DNA of 64,000 nucleotides from Hypanus sabinus (taxonomy: Eukaryota). Positions 23,726 to 33,119 of this stretch are shown piece after piece. Location of the stretch: the NCBI RefSeq assembly GCF_030144855.1, contig NC_082706.1:13020001-13084000 (forward strand), read 5' to 3'. Under the pieces are notes generated by a model that saw only the letters and a program-made list of their open reading frames with translations, searched no databases and had not been told where the DNA came from. The position numbers and the translations under genes are program-made. How positions within the stretch are numbered: the stretch's first letter is position 1; every line of letters begins with the position of its first letter.

Positions 23726-26569
23726 CTTCAACCCAAGGACAAATACCCCACAAGGGGAACAATATTAAAAATTGAAACATTCCTACTCTTATACACATAC
23801 TACAGCATATCAAATGGCGAGTACGGATATCAGAATTGACTAAAGAGGCAAGAGGCAGTATAATGCTGTTTAAATAAAGCAAAGATAAATACAGGATTTC
23901 AATTAAAAACAGGCATGCACAGAATGTGGATGTTTAATCTTACCCCAATAGAACATGGGACATGGTTTAATTTATATGCCTGCAAAGACACCGTCCTTGC
24001 AATACTCCAGCTGACTTTTAACATTACATTAACAAATGTTTGAGTAACCTAAACACAGATAAAAGTTCATAAGAGGTGATTAATGTGTATTAAAAAAATA
24101 GGAAGGAGGAATACATCAAGTCCAGTATTTGTGTCACACTGCTACCAAGGCAATGGCATTCAGCTTGTACTGCAGCAGACTACTCTGCTGCTGGATGAAG
24201 TTCAAGGATTTCAATACGATGAACGAATAGTAAATCAGGGTCGCATGAGACGGAGTGAAACCTAAGTGGAGTTTCTGTACTCCTGCTCATAGTTGATCTT
24301 GGATTAAACAAAATCATTAACTAGACAATTTTATCTGGTTGTGAGCAATCAAATTCCAGTATTAGAGATTTGAAACTAGCTCACAATGACACCAATAGGT
24401 CAATGATACTCAACTGGAATGGACCACAGAAATTAAACCATCACACATTAATTCCATACCGAGTGACTGAATTTTTTAATCATTTCAAAATTAAAGGCAT
24501 CAAGGTTTGCTTCTTAGGGTTGTACAATAAACCCAATCCAGATCCATTTGCTTTACATAATCAGCATCATACAGATAGTGAATGCATTTACCAAGCAAAC
24601 TGTGTCAAGATAAATTTAGCATGGTCTTTAAATACAAGTGTTCATTTATACTGTCAGCTGCAAGTTACTGAATGTGAAGAAACAGCAAGGATTAGACCAG
24701 CTACCAGCTCAATAATCATGTGACTTGACTACTGCCCCAACCATATTTACTTGCTCATCTAGCTGATTTGCCTAGCATTTATTTAGGATTAAAATAATTT
24801 CAGTAAAATGTTTAACTGAACTAAACCACCCAATATCTTAAAATAACTGCATGGTAGCTTGTAGAAGCAATCAATTGCCTGCCGAGTCACCGAACCCCAA
24901 AAAGCCGATTTGTTATTACCAGTCTCCGTTAAATCACCACTTCTATGCCACAATTCCTACTCTTACCACCCAGTTATCCCTATGGTACTGCAAGTAGCGC
25001 TTTGCTATATCACATTGGTTGAAAATATTTACTGATTGTTTTGCACCTGAAATGTAACCACATGAGTAAAGAACCACCGACATGAAACTTAACTCAAAAT
25101 GGTTGGCACTTTCAGGGGGGGGGGGGGGGGAAAGTAAACAACAAAAGCTTTGCAACACTCCTGGAAGAACTTAGATAGTCCACCAGTTGTTGAAAATGTC
25201 TGAATAATACTACTTTTTGTTATTACCTCAGTCTGTTCATCCTGTAAAAATTCTTCACAGACAGTAACTGAGACATCAGCAGCAAAGTAAAATGTTACAT
25301 TCTTTTCGAAAGGATAAGTTGTAAACCAAGAATCTAAGCTAAGGGAGAACCACTGTATAATCATCCCTTTTGAGCTTCCCCACTTTGGCACAAGCTTGAA
25401 GGGTTGAGGGAACATTCAATGCATCTCTGTAGCAGACAGCTATAAGTGCATTATCCCAGTTTACATTTCCTCTGTTCAGAGTAAGTGCCCAACATTTGGT
25501 AGACACTTGCCCTACACTGGCAAAGCTGGGTTTGTAAATGCTCAGGACTGCAGACACACAACTGCATCTACTATCCTTCAGCGCAACTCTTTAGATTTCA
25601 AATTTTAGCACTACTGTACTGCCTGTACCAAGTGACCCAAACCTTAACTGGACTAACACTTGAGAAGGAATAGTTTAGAATAACAGCACCATGTTCAAAT
25701 TATGGCTTGCATTGTAGTATGAATTCTAAACTACCAATGCTTATCGATAAATAAAGTGGTACAAGCCTGAATTTGTTGGATGTAGTTGGTAAAGTGAAGT
25801 ATAGAATTCTGCCCTGCAAAATACATTTAGGCAATACTGTTGAAAAATTAACATAATGGGAATAGTTTTCTAAAGTATTCCTTCAATTAATATTAAGACA
25901 CTATTGGTTCACAATACTGGACTCAAGGATTGATATTTCAGAAATCAGAACATCTTTAAATGGAAGCATGGAAAAGCAATGTTACAATTTTGTGATATTG
26001 GCCCCAGTTACGTCAAAGAAACTAAGTTACTATTTAGGCAACGAATCTAACCTATACTTCCAAAAATAACTTAACACTCCACTGTAAAATACAAATGTGC
26101 CTTAGAAACATGGTCCAATACTTCTTGCTGGAACTAAGCTAACTTGTGGGCTTTGTTCTACTATACATCCCAAATCTTCTTGTTCTTTAGCACATACATT
26201 TATGCCAATTGCATAAAACGTTGCCAAGACAACAAAAAGTGTCTTCTTTGTAAATCACTGCAATAAATTGTGAATTTTAGGAATCCTATTCAAATAAAAA
26301 CCCTTGTGCCCAATATTATGTGCCACACTATGGAGTAAAGATTATAATGCTTCACTATCCCATCCCACCCCCCCCCCCAACTGATACAACACTGAATAAG
26401 CCTTGTACATCTATACCAAACATTGATCATTATTGCACAGCTTATGAATAGTCATTTATGAATATTCCCAATCCTTTCCCATTAAAAAATCTGCTTTAAC
26501 ATTATGACATTTAAACCCCATGTTCAAACATACGGCAGTCCAATACTGGAGGAAATAAACAATAAGTAC

Positions 26570-26713
26570 CCGTAAAAAACTGTAAAATTTCCTCTTTGCT
26601 GCATCCAAATGGTAAGCCTCTAAGGCGTACAGTTCCATCACTTGTTGATTCTGTCTGACTTGGGTTAACGTGCTTTAGCACCCAGTCCATTTCGGTGGCT
26701 TTAGTCTCAAAGA
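26570..26713 (-). CDS. hnRNP H3-like coding exon 3 ([48 protein letters not shown])
   Basis: 144 nt, CAG/GTACTT, phase 1-1; qRRM1-qRRM2 linker. Confidence 0.96.
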
Positions 26714-28120
26714 CTGCAAATACAAATTGAAATACTGAAATCTAAACAAATTATTCTTTGCAATGACAAGAACTATACCTGAATCAACAATCCAAGCATT
26801 CCCATTTTAGTGTACATTACATTTGTCTAACAGACAGCAAATACATTTAGCATAGAAAATAAATCCTTACAAATTTAAAATTTATCAAAAATTTATGCAT
26901 GATTTATAATGCTAAGATTCATCTGACAATGTTCAAACATTGATTTTTATCTATATTGAACAGCTCAAGCCTAAAATCTATACTTGGAATTTTCCATTTC
27001 ACCAACAATCCCTTCCTGCACCTGTGCCAAACAAATTCAATGGGATCAATATCACACTCCACCTACAGACAACTTTTATTACTCATCCCACCACCAGTGC
27101 AAAAGCTAATTCTATTGACATGTACACCCAAACTTGAATTGAACCTTACTTAATTTATGATTTCAATACCAGCTGCTTAAATGATCAAAACATTATATTT
27201 TATTACAGAGGTAAGCAAGGGGCTAGCTAAAATCTAGGTTCTCTGAAGGTTAAATACAGATTGTATAATCATTCATAAGCCCTCCTCCCCACTAGACTCT
27301 GCAATAGGCATTTCAATTCTTTTGCAATGTACTGCAAATTAACTAATTATTCAATAAGCATTCAGGACTTATGCCAAATCCTGAGGTACTCATAGGCCAC
27401 AGTTGCAGTTGTTTTAACAGAAACATCTCAGGTTTCCAGCTGGATCACTAATGTATGCAAGTACATGTATCATTTTCCTTTGTAATTAAATTCCATTACA
27501 TGTTCCCCATATTTCAACAGCAGATAAATAGTACCATGCCTTTTTATAAACAGCCAGCACCTCATCCACAATCACAAGGCACCAGTTACACAAACATGCG
27601 GAAAACAGAACATTAGATTAAAACAACGGGGTTTAAGCAACATAGAAGAAAGCCTGTCATCTAAATTAATCTTGATATCTATGAACAATCATTCCACTGC
27701 GCCCCCCCCCCCCCACCACACGCAAAAAAAAATTCTCCCAGCAGAATGAAAGGCATTGAGGCTAGAAATGGAGACATTATTCATCTGGCAGCATCTTGGG
27801 CTGGAAAAGGTAAAGAAAGGAGGGGCAAGAGCTTTATTAAAAGTTTTGGATTCAAACTAAATATGCAGAAACCACTGTAAGTCAAAGAGTATAGAAGGAT
27901 GAACTGGATCTAGTGAAAGTTAGGAAAAAGTCATGGAATTTAGAAAATGGGAGGACAGTCAGATCATTGAAATAAACAATAGTCCCACAGCACTCAAGTA
28001 TTTACTGATGTGTCAAACAGAAATATTGTTTCACTCATTACTTCATTAAGCACAAGGAATTCAGTAAATGAAACACTTGAGCTTGGGCTTTGGCAAGCCT
28101 ACAACTTAAGATAAGCTTAC

Positions 28121-28276
28121 CTTCAATGTATCTATGCCCCATGCTTTCTCGATCTTTTGCAAGGGCACATTTTATATCATCCTTAGATTCTAGCTGAATG
28201 TAAGCTTCTCCACTTGGACGGCCTTCTCTCAAATAAGTGAAATGAATCCCAGCAGTTCCATTTAATATTTTGCAAT
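28121..28276 (-). CDS. hnRNP H3-like coding exon 2 ([52 protein letters not shown])
   Basis: 156 nt, CAG/GTAAGC; qRRM1 core. Confidence 0.96.
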
Positions 28277-28499
28277 CTGTAAACAATGAATTACAGGCTT
28301 GTGATTTTAGGAAAAGGCAACATGGAAACAAGATAAAACATCAAATAGCATTTGGAGTAAAAAAAATCAAAAGCAAAGGCCATTATGGAAACTCTGAATC
28401 TACACAAATACTGGTTATTAACCAGCCTGCTGGCCTCTAATATTGAATATAGTCATAATATACAACCAAAGGTTGCAGGTAGTTGTAAAACGGAGAAAA

Positions 28500-30188
28500 A
28501 TAAGACCACAAAACATAGGAGCAGAATTAGGCCATTCAGCCCAATTCTGTTCTGGCATCCCATAATGGCTGACTTATTACTCCCTTCAACCCCATTCTCC
28601 TGCCTTCTCTCCAGAACCCTTGATGCCCTTGCTAATCAAGAACCTATTAACATCCTCCTTAAATATACCCAATGACTTGGCATCCACAGTTGTCTGTGGC
28701 AATGAATTGCACAGATTCATTAACCTCTAGCTAAAGAAATTCCTCATCACCACTATTCTAGGATATGTATTTCTATTCAGAGGCTATGCCTTTATGTCCT
28801 AGACTCCTCCACTACAGGAAACATCCTCTCTATGTCCACTCGATCCAGGCTTTTCAACATCCAACAGGTTTCAATGAGGAACCCCCCCCCCCCCCCCCAC
28901 AATTCTCATAGGCTCAGAGCCATCAAATGCTCCTCATCCCCAGGTTCATTTCATGAACCACCTCTGGATGGCAGCATACCCTTTCTTAGATATGGGACCA
29001 GAACTGCTCACAATACTCCAAGTACACGCTGACCAATGCCTTATGAAGCCCCAGTTTTACATCCTTGCTTTTATATTCTACTTTTCCCAAAATGAATGCT
29101 AACATTGCATTTGCTTTCCTTACTATCGACTCAACCTGCAAGTTTATCTTCAGGGAATCCTGCATAAGAACTCCCAAGTCCTTTTGCACCTTTGACTTCC
29201 TCTGTTTAGAAAATTGTCTACACCTTTGTTCGTTCTACCAAAGTGCACAACCATATACTTCCCTATGCTATATTCCATATGCCACTTCTTTGCCCATTCT
29301 CCTAATCTGTCCAAACTTCTGCAGACTCCCAACTTCCTCAACACTATTTGCCCCTCCACCTTTGTATCCTGCACAAACCTGACCACAAAGCCATCAATTC
29401 AATCTCTCATCATTGAGATGTGAAAAGAAGCAGCCCCAACAACTATCCCTGCAGAACTACACTAGTCACTCACAGTCAACCAAAAAAAGGCCCCCTTTAT
29501 TCCCACCCTTTCCCTCCTGCCAGTCAACCAATCTTCTATTCACCTCTTTCCTACAATACAATGGGCTCTGATCTTCTAAGGCAGTCTCATGTGCAGCATC
29601 TTGTCAAAGGCCTTCTGAAGATCTAAGAAATCAACATCCACTGACTCTCTCCTTCGTCTATCCTGCCAGTTATTTCCTCAAAGAATTCCAACAGATTTGT
29701 CAGGCAAGGTCTAAAAACGATGCTGACTTTCTGTCTCTAAGTAACCTCACTGTGTGCATACATCTACTGCTACTTCTGGACACATCATCAGTGATGTTCC
29801 TGGAATCATCGGGTGTTTCGGGTCTTTCAGCATCATACACCCTTCTCCAGGTGACCCAGCTGGGGCTGATCAGACCCCAGCTTGTGTCCAGATGGCTAGC
29901 TATACATGACTCCATGGCTCCCCCCTCTTGAGCTACAGCCACCTTGAGGCCCTCCCTGCCGCATCGGTGGTACCGCAGATGGCTCTCCTCTTCCTCTCTC
30001 CCTCGATGCCCATATTGCTGTAGGCTCTGGCTAAGGAAGAGCCAAAACTTTATCCTTAATATTGGACTCCAACATCTTCCCAACCACTGAAATCAAACTA
30101 ACTGACCTAAAATTTCCTTTCTTCTACCTCCCTCCCTTTTTAAAGAGTGGAGTGACATTTGTAATTTTCCAGTCCACCAGAACCATTT
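28500..30188 (-). mobile_element. CR1-type LINE remnant with deletions and a nested insertion
   Basis: Frames read QKDLGVLMQDSLK, KANAMLAFI and LDRLGEWAKKWHMEY on the minus strand; family tail near 28500. Confidence 0.88.
29749..30043 (-). mobile_element. HERO-like (REL-endonuclease clade) non-LTR retrotransposon 3' end nested in the CR1
   Basis: The minus strand translates to SLARAYSNMGIEGERKRRAICGTTDAAGRASRWL*LKRGEPWSHV*, resembling HERO C-termini from memory; GC-richer block that interrupts CR1 sequence. Confidence 0.65.
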
Positions 30189-30475
30189 CAATTATAATTA
30201 CTGGCAAGTATGATTGGAAAAAAAGTAGATGTAAAAAAAAATCAGCTTATAAGATAGGAGAAAATGGTTGGGCTACATAGAAATAAAGAGGGAGAATGAC
30301 TTGTTGAGAATGCAGAGCATCAGGTGTTTGACAGGCCATAAGGCCTCATCCAGTATTGGTCCAAAATCTCAGTATTACTGTCCAAATATATATTAAACAT
30401 CCAATTAAAATTTTTGAGCAAACTTCAGATTCCAAAATTTCAATTGCTGAACTGTTAAGAATAAATTCACAAAAC

Positions 30476-30554
30476 CTGAAAAGAATCGCAACACTTCATC
30501 TGCAGTGCAGGACCATGGAAGCCCACGAATTCTGACAATGTAATCTTCTTCCAT
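30476..30554 (-). CDS. hnRNP H3-like coding exon 1 ([26 protein letters not shown]); the exon begins at 30587
   Basis: Acceptor TTTTTTCTCCAG at 30588, CAAATGG start, donor CAG|GTTTT, RGLPWSC motif of qRRM1. Confidence 0.94.
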
Positions 30555-32107
30555 TTGAATGCACGACTCTGATCAATTAAGAAACGTCTGGAGAAAAAAG
30601 TTTTCGTTATCAGCTGCACAATGTTTCTAAAAATCAAGATATTAAAAGCACTTTTTAAAAATGGCTTTAAAAATAGCCCTTTTCCAAAACAAAGTGTTCA
30701 AAGTTGAAAGTAAATTTTATTGCAACACACACAAAGCACTGGAGGAACTCAGGTCAGACAGCATTAGACCAAAAGCATTCTTCAGGACTAAGAAAGGAGG
30801 AAGATGTCAGAATAAAAAGCTGGTGGGGAAGGGGAAGAGGCTAGCTGGAAGATGATAGGTGATGGCAGGTGAGCGTGGAAGGTCAAGGACTGAAGAATTT
30901 TATTATCAAAGTACCTAGGTTAGAACTCTGTGATTCATTTCCTGTTGGGTATACTTTTAAAAAATCTATAGGAACAATTGAAATGCAAATAAAAACTCTG
31001 GAGAACCAAGGCATTATAACTGTCAAACTGAACAAGAAGATAACAACTTAATAGAATTTAAAAGAATCCATAAACACCTCGTGGCCTGACAAATAACACA
31101 AAATTTTAAGATGGTAAATGTTTACCAAGGTAAAAAGTTTGGGCCAAGATTAAACTGCTTTACTTCAGTTCCAGATTGTGCTGCAGAAACACAATTTTAA
31201 TGCGCACAGCCAGTGTCTTAATATTTTTGATTTTAAAAAGGACTTCCATGCATGAGGAAGAATTTTTAATGTAAAGAAAATTCTAATTTAAAATTCTAAG
31301 TCCTAATGCGATCGCTCAGATCTGCACATACAGAGCAACCAAATTCCTGGAACGAGAAAGGAAAGATCGCCCAAAAGAGTTAGTTCCTATATTCATTCAC
31401 AAGAACTAGGGTCGAATTAACTAACTTAGTCTAGAATCGCTAGACAGTTCCAAAGAACAACAAACGTGGGGGAAAAAAATCGTCATCAGGTATGATCCCC
31501 AAAATCCGAGTCTCGGGTTTTAAATACATTCAAAAGTGGATTTGTAGATATTCCAGAGGAAAAGAGATTTAGAGCTAGCCAAATCGAGTTAAATATAATG
31601 GGGGGCCCAAACTACAGATTACTTGCAGGGCTAACACTGAAATCAATCCTGAACACAGAACACGAACCAACCTGAATCTGTCCAATTGACTACGGACGAT
31701 GACAGGCAGCGAAATAGTGGGGGCTTTTAACGTGAGTGGTGGTGCCACCCAGAACTAAAGATCGGATAGTTGTGATTGAACAGTAAGCGTTGCGGGGAAA
31801 CGCAAAAGCCTCAAGAAGAGGGAAGGCAGCCAAGTACTTATGTGTCATCATATGGAACCCTGAGATTCATTTATCTGTGGGAATATTCAGCAGATCTATA
31901 GAATAGCAATTATAACAGGATCAATGCGAGATCAGAGAGCACAAGACAACACAGTCCAAAAGCAAACTTCAAATAAATAACATTAAATTACTGCTGCAGG
32001 TAACCAAACCGAGCCGCTTTTCTGGCTGGCGCCCTGGGGAAAAGACTGGACGCGGGAGGGGAAAACTCGTCGAGGGCGCAAACCGTCCATTACACGGTGG
32101 CGCTCCG

Positions 32108-32119
32108 CAAAATGGCGGC
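32108..32119 (+). promoter_or_regulatory. YY1 consensus site in intron 1 of the hnRNP gene
   Basis: CAAAATGGCGGC within the CpG island. Confidence 0.7.
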
Positions 32120-32210
32120 CGCGCCTCACAACACAGCGTCCTGGTGTCCGGGCCCTCGCCACATCCACGCCCCCCACCCCCACCCCCCAGCCAGCCGGCC
32201 ACCCACTCAC

Positions 32211-32400
32211 CACCCTTCGCTCAGCCCGACCGTAACTTCAGCTGCTTTCTCTCCCTCTCCTCAGAATAAAAAACATGCTCGCTCCACCGCCTCGCGTCAG
32301 ACGGCCGGCCTGAAGCGGACAATTGAGAGAAAAGCTGAAAACAACACCCTACCTTTAGCGCGCAGCTCAACGTTTGCCCCACGCGCACAGCGTACTTGCG
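32211..32400 (-). other. Probable non-coding first exon(s) of the hnRNP H3-like gene
   Basis: CpG island; donors GTG|GTGAGT (exon end 32211) and AAG|GTAGGG (exon end 32353); TSS approximate. Confidence 0.55.
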
Positions 32401-33105
32401 TCATTACGTCGGAATGAAGCCCTACGCCGTCGTCAGTTACGGTTATTATTACGTTTTCTTTACATATACATAGACATATTCGGACTTTTATTTTAACTAC
32501 ATCTTTAGCTTAATATCTTTAGATGAAGCTTTTGAAACAATTTACAATTTTCTTCCCAAATATTCTCTTCATCAAAACAGTCGCCACAGAGCCCGCCTGA
32601 TTGGGGAGCACGTTTTTGACGTTTCATGTCAAAGTGTCAATCAACAGATCTGTTTTTGCTTTAACCACTTGACAACTTTTTTAAAAAAAATTTTCACTCC
32701 ATTCTTGAAAAGGGGAAAAAAGCACGCGGTAATAAACTCTCGTTCTGCGATTCTTGAGGGGATAAAAGTATTTTTCTAAACCGACTCCTGCTCCCCCTCT
32801 TGCTATTGGCTAAAAGGACACCCCGCCCGTTAGCTGGAGGGTATGCAGCTTCTGATTGGGTGCGTCGGGTGTCATTAAAAAAGCCTTGATTTGCATAATA
32901 ACTCGCTGTGGCAAGTTTCGCGAGATTCCGTGGCCTGTGGTGGGAGAGTTGGTTAAGTTTTTTTTTGTTTCTGACGGGGAGGTTTTGCAGTTGACGCTTA
33001 AAGCAGCTTTTGGTCTCCTTAAAGTGGTTCGGATTGGAATGTCTGTGCCAGATATATTTTAACCCGTCTTTTCTGGTGATTTTGAGTGGCACAAACTAGA
33101 AGAAA
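32400..33105. promoter_or_regulatory. Bidirectional promoter region (hnRNP H3-like / MOB1A), including the MOB1A 5' UTR
   Basis: Divergent first exons under 1 kb apart; CRE-like TTACGTC near 32404; ATTGG boxes near 32600, 32805 and 32855; ATTTGCAT at 32889-32896; TTTCGCGAGA (BANP-like, one mismatch) at 32916-32925. Confidence 0.7.
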
Positions 33106-33119
33106 ATGAGCTTCCTTTT
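33106..33119 (+). CDS. MOB1A: MOB1A coding exon 1 (MSFL-F)
   Basis: ATGAGCTTCCTTTT|GTAAGT, 14 nt, phase 2; the canonical MOB1 start. Confidence 0.93.

Noticed and set aside
13813-30554. Calling the hnRNP gene GRSF1 (from MOB1 synteny) or HNRNPH1/H2/F
   Set aside because: It has no mitochondrial presequence and has GYR/GY domains that GRSF1 lacks. Diagnostic residues are H3-type, and the coding region has introns, unlike mammalian H2/F. The symbol is left blank because orthology is unresolved.
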